DNA of 64,000 nt, taken from contig JALAGF010003335.1 in the NCBI GenBank assembly GCA_030167865.1, positions 1 to 64,000 on the forward strand, read 5' to 3'. Within the stretch, counting starts at the first letter, position 1; every line of letters begins with the position of its first letter. The notes beneath the pieces are model-generated. The model ran no database searches. It saw only the letters and a program-made list of their open reading frames with translations, and had not been told where the DNA came from. This DNA comes from Craspedostauros australis (Eukaryota). Positions 34,201-44,119 of the stretch are shown piece after piece. A program made the position numbers and the translations under genes.

Positions 34201-35382
34201 ATGGTCGCACGATGGCTGGCAAGCCGCCGTACGTGGGTGGCACATGCGTGGATCTGCTTGATACAGAGCGCGGTCTGTGACGGTCTCATCATTGTTCAAT
34301 TCGACGGATCCCTGCGCCCGCCAAGAGATCCTGGGTTTCCATCGTTGCCAACCAAGGTGGCATCGTGTTCCGCGTCCATCACATATGATGCATCGCCCAT
34401 GATGCTGGGTGGCAGACTGCTTCCAATGGCGACAGACATCACTGCGGCACACGTCGAGTACGAAGGGCTGCTGCTGGGTCTCTCCTGGCTCGCGCAACAA
34501 ACCTCGCAGGATGGCGTTGCCGACACCGTTTCGCAGCAACTGCTGATTCGCGGCGATTGCAAGGCGGTCATCGATCAGCTCATGGGCAATTCGTTGCCTC
34601 GCAAGGTCCAGCATCTGCATGCGCAGTGCGTCGCATGCATCGAGCAGATTGCGGACAAGGAACTCAATCTCCCTACGCAGCGCGTGCGCATCACCGACGT
34701 GAAGTACGAACACGTGCTGCGGCACGGCAATCAACTGTGCGACGCCGTCTGCGGGCACATACCCGAGATCGTTGGTCAGCAGTCCGTGGTCAAGTTTGCG
34801 AAGAGTTTGGATCGCGATCTACGTTTCATTGTGCGACAAGACGACATCAAAAAGAAGAAGAAGGCTTCCACGAGCAGTGTGGCATTCCCCAATCATATCG
34901 TGTATTCGCAGCGCATCCATCTCTACGATCGGATGATCCAAGCGGCACGGCAAGACGCATCGGCTCTGGTCATCATCGGTGAAGCGATGGTGCACGAATC
35001 CAAGTTCATATTGACGCAGATCCCCAAGCGGAAGCAACCGCGAAAGGTACATGAACAGCTGCATCGAGGCATGCGATACCAGATAGAAGGATACGGCGGT
35101 CTGGGACTTCCTCGCAAGGTCGAAGCACTGGAACGCAAGTACAAGCATGAGATACGGCGATACGAACGTGAGCAAGGTCGGTCATATGATGAGGTAAGGC
35201 ATCCACCACACGTGGACAGCCCACAAGATGAGGAAGCAGCACTCCAACCTAAATCCGAATTGGTGAAACAGAATTCATTTGTGATGCAATGGCACGAGGC
35301 TGCTCTTGGTATCGACTTTCTTGACGTGAACGACGAGGGCGTCACGGTATGGGAATCACTCACTGCCGGCGACGTAACATAG
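34201..35382 (+). CDS. Ribonuclease HI-like protein with N-terminal targeting-like extension
   Basis: QFDGS, EYEGLLLGL, IRGDCKAVIDQL and HVLRHGNQLCD supply the D-E-D-D catalytic residues of RNase H. Confidence 0.8.
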   Translation: MVARWLASRRTWVAHAWICLIQSAVCDGLIIVQFDGSLRPPRDPGFPSLPTKVASCSASITYDASPMMLGGRLLPMATDITAAHVEYEGLLLGLSWLAQQTSQDGVADTVSQQLLIRGDCKAVIDQLMGNSLPRKVQHLHAQCVACIEQIADKELNLPTQRVRITDVKYEHVLRHGNQLCDAVCGHIPEIVGQQSVVKFAKSLDRDLRFIVRQDDIKKKKKASTSSVAFPNHIVYSQRIHLYDRMIQAARQDASALVIIGEAMVHESKFILTQIPKRKQPRKVHEQLHRGMRYQIEGYGGLGLPRKVEALERKYKHEIRRYEREQGRSYDEVRHPPHVDSPQDEEAALQPKSELVKQNSFVMQWHEAALGIDFLDVNDEGVTVWESLTAGDVT

Positions 35383-35780
35383 CATAGCATAACATCGCAC
35401 AGGATGTCATTTGCATTGGATGGTTGATTGAATTAGAGCAGAGTCGCTGGGAGCGAGCCAAAGTTCACCGCCCCCGTTTTCTCAGTTGCCATCGCTACAT
35501 TCGTTTCGATAGACTGACAGTCACGACCAAGCGGCCACGGAATGAACCCGAACCGCGAAAAGACACGAACCGAAGGAATGGCACGATGCTGTATCGAGAA
35601 GCCCAGACAGCCCAAACGCACACAAAATCAGAGAAAAGTGGTCCAAAGTCACAAGTGCATCGCTGCCACCACCATCACCATCTCCTCTTGTGATCACAAT
35701 TGGCAGAAGAAGCAACAGCAGCATCCATCACACCCACCACACTTGGAACTGCAGGTGCAAACCACCCCATATCTGAAAGA

Positions 35781-37725
35781 ATGTGGAGCCCGCGACGACG
35801 ATCATCGGCACACGGTCATTCGTTGTCAGGCAGCATGCTCTCCATCCTCTCCATGTTCATGATGCTGCTGCTTGGCAGCAGGGCAGTTCTCGTCGCTGCG
35901 GCAGATGATGCCATCCAGCTTGTGATCCACCGCAACGGAGAAACCGGACCCTGCGCCACGAGCGCCGCAGCCGCCCAAGCCGTGTTGCATCCCGACTGGA
36001 AAGACTCTGCCATCAGCAAGTACCACGTCGAGTCCAAGCTGACGCAGCTGCTGATCGAGGCGTTGGACGCGCGCTCCTGTGCATCGACGGACGACCCGAT
36101 CGCCGCGCCGTTGGGTTTGGAGGGATACTGCGACATGGGCCCAGATCGCACCGTCATCCTGCTGGATCACAACAAACTTCAACCCGTGCCGTCGACGCAG
36201 TCGCTGCCATGCCGGTGGTTCACGCGCGAAGGCAGGCGCATCACGACGTTCGAGCAGCTGCACGACATGGTGGAGGTGCAGCAGAGCTGTCCCAGCACCA
36301 TGAATGATGCTTGCGCCAGCGACCATCTGCAGATTCATCTCTACGCCGTGCCGGCGGGACGCGTCTTCATGTTCGCGCCATCGTACGTCGGGGAGCAGTT
36401 CGTGTTGAGTCATTTGACGGAGCCGAGGGAGTCATCAAGCAATGAGGATGTCGTGGTGGAGGTGCTGTCGGTCGCGCCGCGTGTCTTTGACATTCAGGGC
36501 ATCTTCTCCTACGATGAAGCGCAGCAGCTGGTGGATCGGTCGTTGAAGGAGCGTTCGCCGACGCACAAATTGAAACGTTCCACGACGGGAACGGGCGAGA
36601 AGAACGTCAATCAGAAGCGCACGTCCGAAAGCGGCTTTGATACGCACGGCAAGGTCGCGTTGGCGATCAAACGGTGAGTTGCGTTGGGCGTATTCTCTGC
36701 ATGTGTACAGCTGTGCATGTGCACCAGTTTGTACTGCGCCCTGAGGATGCGTGGCACAATGTGGCTATCAGCAATCCACTGTGCGTATTATGGCCCACCA
36801 AAGCTCACTCTCTGAGGTTTGTGTTCTATTCTGATGCTCTTGTATACGATCTACTGTATGCACATACGCTCTGTTTCCCTCGCCTCGCAGCCGCATTGTG
36901 GAGGCGATTGGCATGGATGAGTTCTGGGAGGGACATGACGATGGACTTCAGATTCTACGGTACAACCAAACCAAGGCCTACACTCCCCATATGGACTACA
37001 TGGAGGATAGCAAACGTCTGTCTCCATACAACTTCGATTCCGCCGGTAAGGGCGGCAATCGCTTCGCAACTGTCCTTCTGTACATGTCCGACATGGAGGA
37101 CGAGGATTCTGGCGGAGAGCTCGTCTTCTCCCACGCATGGCCGCAATCGAAAGGCGAAGAGCAGCCCAGGAGACTCCAAATCGACGACGCCATCGAAGAG
37201 TTGCGAGCCACAGGGCACGCGGATGCCGCCGGAATTCGACGCGGATCGTGGGAGGAGAACATGGTGGCAACGTGCCGTTCCAAGCTATCCATCAAACCGA
37301 AGCAGGGCAAAGCGGTGCTGTTCTACTCGCAGCATCCCAACGGCACGCAGGACTACATGAGCCGACACGGCGGCTGTCCCGTGCTGAAGGGCGAGAAATG
37401 GGCAGCCAATCTGTGGGTGTGGAACGCACCGCGCGGCGATTATCCGGGGCAACCATTGCGGGACGGTGCCGCGAAACAGAAATACAACACGGCCAAACAG
37501 AACGAAGGTATTAGTGCCGTCTTTCGTAACTCGGGCAAGGACCCCCGGTTCAAGGTCGCCGAGCTGTACTACGAATCGCAGCGGTGGGGTAAGCTCGGAT
37601 TCGGCGATGAGTCGCTGCGCGTCAACACGTTCGAAGGACATCGCTGGAATGCGCGCGTCGATGGTAAGATCGTGAAGCACTTCGTCATTGCCGGCAGTCC
37701 GCAACAACAAACATTCGAGGTTTGA
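35781..37725 (+). CDS. Prolyl 4-hydroxylase-like 2OG-Fe(II) dioxygenase, secretory; two exons (35781-36673, 36891-37725)
   Basis: Signal peptide or anchor; PRVF, LKRST, LQILRY, PHMD (HxD), RFATVLLYMSD and SRHGGCPVLKGEKW. The intron GTGAGT..CGCAG at 36674-36890 joins the exons in frame (IKR-RIVEAIG). Start codon uncertain. Confidence 0.88.
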
Positions 37726-37943
37726 GTTGCAGCATGGCAGCCTCGATTCTGCGATAATGGAAGTATTCTAGAACATTAGGACATGGATTCCAAGTTAGAT
37801 CATACGATAAGCTGGCAGGAGCTGACAGAACTCTTCTTTTGCGAATTGCAGCACGTATCCATGGACTAACTGTGAGTATAGTATGTCGAGCGAAGCACAT
37901 TCGAACATACTGGTGCTCTCATCTATTATACTTCCCAAACACT

Positions 37944-38888
37944 CTATTGTTCGATGGTATCCTTCAGCACGTCTCTGACCATCTCCCTCAAAGCCTCGGA
38001 CGATAGCTCGCCCATCTTGATGTTGTCCTTCTTGTTTCCACTATCGTTTGTGGTGCTGGTGGCAACATTGTCGCAATCCCTCCACACGATCGTAGCTTCG
38101 TATACATCTTCATCAAGCCGATCCAACGAGACGGACTCTTCTTTACACGTATCCACCCACGCACCAATCATCAGCCGCAAACCTTCTTTCAAATCCAACT
38201 CTTCCGAAATGCCATCGCCATCCAACCGCAACCGCTGCGCCAAATACTTGCGCACCGTCCCCGCGTACCGCCCGACGGCCGTCCCGTACTGCCACGTGTT
38301 CCAATTCCCCGTCGGATCGGTCGTGTAGACGAAGGGTTGGCTGTCATTTTGCATGCCCACCATCAATACCTGCACGGCGTAGGGCCGTCCCGTCGTACCT
38401 TGCAACCACCGCATCAACGTCTTCCACAACCGTATGCATGACGTCTCGCCGTAGACGCTGAAATACTGCGATTCCGATTGCTGCAAACGTCTGACGAGGT
38501 GTTCGACGTCGGGTCCGAAGCCGGTGAAGCAGTAGATCGAATTGCGCGTCGTCAGACGCGACGGGGCGTACGACGCCGCTTGGAAGAGTTGCACATGCGG
38601 CAGACCAAAGACCGTGCGTTGTTGTTGTCTAGGCAGTCTTCTTGCGGGATCCCAGATGGTCGTCGCAGCGCTGCTGGAGGACGATTTGTGGGACAAGATC
38701 GCGACGCAATGTGGCAAGCACAGCGCCATGTGGGTGCCCTGCGCGCTGGAGGCAGCCAGGGATGCATCCAGGTTCTTGATGGGAGACAGCGGCATGGTTT
38801 GCGAAGCTGACGCCTCCCAACAAAGCAGCATCAGCAGGAGAAGCATCGCGGGCATGCCTTTCGCGAGTGATCGTGGTTGGGGCTCCAT
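37944..38888 (-). CDS. Proteasome alpha-subunit-like (Ntn fold) protein with signal peptide, probably periplastid-targeted
   Basis: FTGFGPDVEHL, GRPYAVQVLMVG and VYTTDPTGNW..TAVGR; signal peptide MPAMLLLLMLLCWEASA. Start at 38888 or 38855. Confidence 0.75.
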   Translation of the reverse strand: MEPQPRSLAKGMPAMLLLLMLLCWEASASQTMPLSPIKNLDASLAASSAQGTHMALCLPHCVAILSHKSSSSSAATTIWDPARRLPRQQQRTVFGLPHVQLFQAASYAPSRLTTRNSIYCFTGFGPDVEHLVRRLQQSESQYFSVYGETSCIRLWKTLMRWLQGTTGRPYAVQVLMVGMQNDSQPFVYTTDPTGNWNTWQYGTAVGRYAGTVRKYLAQRLRLDGDGISEELDLKEGLRLMIGAWVDTCKEESVSLDRLDEDVYEATIVWRDCDNVATSTTNDSGNKKDNIKMGELSSEALREMVRDVLKDTIEQ

Positions 38889-39330
38889 CGTTGCGTTGCT
38901 GCTCTTCTTGCTCGATCGTGATGATCGTACCGTGCCGACCGTGTCAAAGCACCTGGCGGCTGTGGACAGGACAAGACAAGGTTGATCCATTCTTTCCCGA
39001 TGATTGTGATTGCGCTGATCAGATGGAGAGAGGAAGATAGATGTGGGCAAGAGAGCTGTCTTCTTGTTTTGTGTTTCTTTGGGTTTGCAAACATCCAAAA
39101 CTTCACGGATCTCGTGGCGGCATTCAGGCTATCAAATAAAGCTAGAGAGATTTGATATTCGATCCACGTCACAAACTGGAACCTGGAAGACATGAATGAT
39201 AACACAAGTCTCTGTCTTGCTTCCTGTACTATCTCACTATTACCACGCTGCCACAGGTACATTCCTGTGCGACCATCGTGTACTGCATATAGTAGCAAGA
39301 GCATCTCAAAGTGGAATAGACGTCGCATCT

Positions 39331-41463
39331 TCAACCTTCCGTGGTGGACCACCGCGTTTCCTTCGGAATCGGTTGTCCCACGGTACGATGTTCGTGTGCG
39401 ATGCGCAACACGCCCGTCGTGGAAGATGCCTCAATGACGGCCGTCATAACTGCGCGGTCTTCATTGAGCTTGTCTTTGTAATAGAATATCTGATCGGTCG
39501 TGTAGACGGCAATGGCGGCGCGTCCATGCGAAAGGATCTGCACCGAATCCACCGATACCAACGTGGCCTGCTTCATCAGCATGTCGCCCGTGAAGAGATC
39601 GCAGAATCCGTCGCGGAAAACGGGGTTGCCGGAGGGGCGGATCAAGCAGTATCCTGGTTTCATGTACTTGCTTGTGAAGGCCTCGAATTTGCGTCGGCGT
39701 TCCTCGTTGTTGTTGCTTCGGATGCTGTCGGTTCCGCTGCCGCGGCTGCAATTGCTGTTGCCGTGGTTGCTTCTGCTGTTGTCGGCCTGTGGCGTATCTT
39801 GGGCGTCTTCGGCAAGATCCTGCTGAGGTGACGTCGACACGTGGCGAGGCAATGATTCGGCAGCTGCCCTGATCATCACATCCGCGTCTTGGTCCAACAA
39901 TTGTTCCTCACCATCGTCGACGGCCTTATCACTCGCTTCGTCCGGAGCGTTTGCATCCATGTTCGCAGCAACCTCGGGAACTGCTTCTTCCTCCTTGTCG
40001 CTATCTCCTGCGCTCGTTTTGCCATCATCGGGAATGTCACCATTGCAGCTATCGTCGTCGTTGTCAGTGGGACTCGACGCAGTCGTCGTCGTCGTGACAT
40101 CGCCATCGCCACCACTCGGTTCCGTGACGAGCACCTTGTCGTTTGTGCTGACATCGCTTTCCGCGCCATGTTCCTCTTGCGCAACGTCCTCCGCGTTATC
40201 ATCGCATTGCAAATTCAAATCGCGATAGTAACATTCCAAAAATCGATGAACGCGTTCCGTCGTGACATGCGATGTCTGTCGCATACTGTTGCCAAAGCCG
40301 GATTGTTTTGGATCTTGCGGCAGTTGCATGACGCGACGTTGCGTGGGCCATGCGGCGGCGAAGGTGTGCATGCCAGTCGTGAATCGTCGTTCGGGCATGG
40401 GTCTCGTGTTGTCGTTGTTGTCGTCCATGTCGTCGTTGCCCGTGAAGTTGTAGTCGCTGTCGTCGGGGTCGACGACGATGCGGGGGCTGAATCCTCTGCG
40501 CGCGGCCATGGGTGATGATTGGCGCGGCGTCGCGGTGGGGATGGTGTCGAGGGTGTTGCCGGACATGCGACGATCCTTGTCCATGTTGGAGGACTTGGAA
40601 TGCCACGAGTTGGTGTTATGCGAGGAGATATGCGCGCGGTGGTTGCTCATGCTGCTGCTGTGGGGTCGATGGGTGTTGACGTTGGCGTTGATGGTGGCGT
40701 GGCCGAATCTGCCCTGCTGCGGACCGGAGGCATCGGTGCTGACGGAATCCGTGACGCTGACATTGTCGACAACGCGGTCATCATCGCTGGTGGGATTGGG
40801 TGCATCAAAATCGGAATGGGATGGCACGGAGTAGTCGTCGTCGCTGCTTGCGTCGCTGAAGTACTTGCGATCATCGCGCCGGCTGCTGCCAGTGCTGTTG
40901 CTGCGGTGTATGACGATGCCGCCGGCTTCATGCGGCGCGGTGGGTTTGCGCTGCGCATTGTTGCGACTGCTGTTGTTGCTTCGGATGCTTCTTGTTGTTG
41001 CGGCGGCGGCGGGCTTATTGATGATGACAGTGGTGTTGGCGGAAGGAGGAGAGAGAGCAGGGATGGGATCACCTCTGCCATCCTCGAAAGGCTGTATTAT
41101 GGCGTCGTGAGTCAGAGGCACGCCCTTCTTCTTCGATCTGAGGTTGGTTCGAGTGATGGTTGGTCCCATTGTTCCCAAGGTATCCTGCGATTCTTCATGT
41201 CCATGTTCATGTCCATGTTCGTGGTCATGTTCCTGTTCGGGGTCATGGTCGATCTCGGATGGCTGCTGCGGATGCTGCTGCGGATGATGCTTCCGAGGAC
41301 GACGGCCCACATGCGATCGCTTCCTTTGCGGATGAGCCGGCGGTTGGTTCTTGTCTGGGTGCTGGTGGTGGGGGTATCTGGACTTCTCCATGAAGAGGGA
41401 AGGACCAGAAGCGATCGACTGCAGCGAGCATGAGGACATCGAGATGGATTCATCGTCCTGCAT
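39331..41463 (-). CDS. Protein with long disordered N-terminus and C-terminal NTF2-like (DUF3804-like) domain, paralogue 2
   Basis: 710-aa ORF. C-terminal IRPSGNPV...FYYKDKLNEDR...IAHEHRTVGQPIPKETRWS aligns with 22962..24521. Confidence 0.75.
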   Translation of the reverse strand: MQDDESISMSSCSLQSIASGPSLFMEKSRYPHHQHPDKNQPPAHPQRKRSHVGRRPRKHHPQQHPQQPSEIDHDPEQEHDHEHGHEHGHEESQDTLGTMGPTITRTNLRSKKKGVPLTHDAIIQPFEDGRGDPIPALSPPSANTTVIINKPAAAATTRSIRSNNSSRNNAQRKPTAPHEAGGIVIHRSNSTGSSRRDDRKYFSDASSDDDYSVPSHSDFDAPNPTSDDDRVVDNVSVTDSVSTDASGPQQGRFGHATINANVNTHRPHSSSMSNHRAHISSHNTNSWHSKSSNMDKDRRMSGNTLDTIPTATPRQSSPMAARRGFSPRIVVDPDDSDYNFTGNDDMDDNNDNTRPMPERRFTTGMHTFAAAWPTQRRVMQLPQDPKQSGFGNSMRQTSHVTTERVHRFLECYYRDLNLQCDDNAEDVAQEEHGAESDVSTNDKVLVTEPSGGDGDVTTTTTASSPTDNDDDSCNGDIPDDGKTSAGDSDKEEEAVPEVAANMDANAPDEASDKAVDDGEEQLLDQDADVMIRAAAESLPRHVSTSPQQDLAEDAQDTPQADNSRSNHGNSNCSRGSGTDSIRSNNNEERRRKFEAFTSKYMKPGYCLIRPSGNPVFRDGFCDLFTGDMLMKQATLVSVDSVQILSHGRAAIAVYTTDQIFYYKDKLNEDRAVMTAVIEASSTTGVLRIAHEHRTVGQPIPKETRWSTTEG

Positions 41464-41804
41464 GGTTGTGGTTGTGGTTGCTATGGCTGTTATGGCTATG
41501 ACTGCTATGGAGTAGCGTAGAGTAGGAAGAGCAGGGAGAGAGTGGGAAGAACAGGAATAGAGGAGTACTATGCTAGTGCGAATAGTATGAATACAAGGAT
41601 GGTCACCGTGCGATCAGAACTGTGATGTCCCTGTTATGGTCGTGGCTGCAAAGGCGGGTCTGCTGATGACTGTGATGCCTTGGATTGGTTGGGTCTGTTT
41701 GTGCTCAGGATGGATGATGATGGGTATGGGTGATGAAGATGGGTGATGAAGATGGGTATGGTGTGATGGAGGCGGATGATGGATGCTCTATCGTAATCCT
41801 GCTG

Positions 41805-41876
41805 CTCCTGTCGCTACTCCTGTTGTTACTCCTGTTGTTACTCCTGCTGTTACTCCTGTTGTTACTCCCGTTGCTG
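41805..41876. repeat. 12-bp minisatellite (CTCCTGTTGTTA), about 6 units
   Basis: Units ctcctgtcgcta, ctcctgttgtta x2, ctcctgctgtta, ctcctgttgtta and ctcccgttgctg. Confidence 0.85.
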
Positions 41877-44119
41877 TTGCTGGACAATGTCGACAATGTC
41901 GACAGCGGATGGTCACCAAGAAAAGATGTCTTCTTGTGGTGTTGCACCAAGGGGAGGAATCGGTGGAGAGCGCCAGTATGAGCGAGTGGGACTACTCGTG
42001 TTGGTATTCAGGTATGAGGGCGTGGTACGGCTGTGTTTGGTTAAGAAGAGTGTTCTGTTGCTCTCTGTCGCTATGTATCGAATCAGTCACAAGTCCTCGG
42101 CTCTGCTTCGTGTGGCTTTGCTTTGTGTTGCGCTGGTGTGATGTCCTCTTGTTTGTGCCTTCACTGTTTGTGTTGCCACGAGTACTACTACTACTATTGT
42201 CGTTGTGCCTTTGTTTGTGTGTATCTGGACGTCGTTGTATCGTTGGTTGGCAAAGCACCTTGGAGTACAATAGCCGCAGAAGGTCGCAGATTATGTATTG
42301 CGCGAAACGGCGTCTTGGGGCCTTTTGAGCAATGATCGAAGACGACCAGGACAGTTTCTGGAGGACGATGACGAGTTCGGTTGATGCGGTTCACAACGAA
42401 CCGAATCAGAACAGAAGAAGCGAGTTCATCCAATCTGGTGGTCAGCGGCAACAGAGATGAATGGCCTGGGAAGCCAAAGGAAGGGTACGGAAGCGTCGTC
42501 GTCGTCCACTCCACCAATGCTGTATCGCTTCTGGATGAAGAATCCATCAGGTTTGGCCTCTCTTTCATCCCTGGCTTATAATTTACGACACGATCACACT
42601 TAGGTGCGAACATGAGCATGAGGAGAGTGTGGCCAGATTCAGAGCTGCGGTGTAACCGGCTTCGTCTTCTCTCAGAGTATATAGCAGCATGTAGCGGGAG
42701 CCTCCGCCAATGTATTATTATACACAACGACTTGATCGTTGTGCGAAGGTCAGCAACCGCAACTACAACAAACTCCAATTGCACTCCACCATGGTGAACA
42801 TGGGCAAGGAACTCCTTGAGGTGACAATGCTCGGATGGTACCGACACAACTTCATCTTCAAAGAAACAGATTCCGACACAGGCTGTTTGTTCTCCCTTTC
42901 TCCTCGAACGAGACAAGGCCCCTGACACAATGACACGCGCACAAGTTGGTGCCAACAACGGCGGTCAGCGTTGCCCGCGCAATCTGCCGCTCCACTCCCA
43001 AGAAGTCTGCCATGGCATGTGCGCATCGGAGCGCAACTACCGACACCCATCTGCCAACCATGTCCAACGAATCCATTTGTCGGATGCAAAGCAGCGAAGA
43101 GTATCAATAGTGCGTGGAGTATCAAAGGAAGATGGCACCAACCAACCACCAGAGGGGCACAACCCAACGATCCGCCGCCAACACAGGTGTGGAGATGAAC
43201 GCCTCTGTTCTCCGCCTCTCCATCTCCAACATCGACATCTTTGCGTTTCCGTCCTCTCCGGAAAGCGGCTCTCCACAGTTTGCCTCGACGATGGGCCCAA
43301 CGATCATCGTGGCCGAAGCTTTCCATCTTTGCGGATTCGGCACTCGTTCCTCCTTTCCTCCTCGCCTTGACATCGGTGAAGTCTGACAAGGCCTCTGTCC
43401 TTCCCTTGATGTCTTCTCCAACCACTCCATGGTCGTTATTTGCGTGTGGTCTTGCGGCGACGAATCTGCAACCTCCGAACACGCGTGCTATTTCTTCCAG
43501 CGGAAAACAAGACCGCCATAAAAGCGCCCTACTTGACTTTCGGCAAGTTTCCGCGGCACTGCTGCTTAACGCTGAACTGGCGAACCAAAATATCACACAT
43601 GGGCGTTCAAGCACTTCATTTGTCCGCCACAGTCCATCAACTCCTTTGCTGATCACGTACGGACATTCCGTGTTTGGTCGGGAATGAAAATCGCGGGAAT
43701 AGAGATAAAGAGGCTGATAAAGTACTCATTCCATTCCCGAATTGGAAGTATCTTGGCGAATCGGATCGTCTGTGTCGCGTGTACGCCAAATTTTTGATGC
43801 GCGGTCACATGGCCTGGGTGTCACAATGAGGGTCACTGACACACATGGCCAACGGAAGCGGAGGGCGAAGCAGTATCTTTCATACTGTTTCGCATCTATC
43901 AGAACGCAAACCAACAACATCAACGCATTCATCACCATCAACAGCAGCAGCAGCGAGTTGCCGATCCTGGCACTCTTATTGGCACACCGACAAGCACTCC
44001 GCACTGACCAGCCCACATTGATCGATCGATCGATCAAACAAGCAATCAAGTATAGTAATCCAATCGATTACATAACCCACAGCAAGAGCAGTACCAGCAA
44101 CACCAGCAGCAAGAGCAAC

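Noticed and set aside
34201-35382. RNase H as a sign of an LTR retrotransposon
   Set aside because: No gag, RT, integrase or terminal repeats; the flanking genes are ordinary host genes.
41805-41876. Tandem repeat considered as a CRISPR-like array
   Set aside because: Contiguous 12-bp units without spacers, no cas genes, and a eukaryotic context.
42194-43690. ORFs of 254 and 297 aa in the gap upstream of the GBP gene
   Set aside because: No recognisable motifs or coding-like composition; I cannot support them as genes or as a transposon.
43742-44119. N-terminal extension of the GBP ORF from a TTG start
   Set aside because: Non-ATG start and CA-rich, leader-like composition; the ATG at 44120 has better context.
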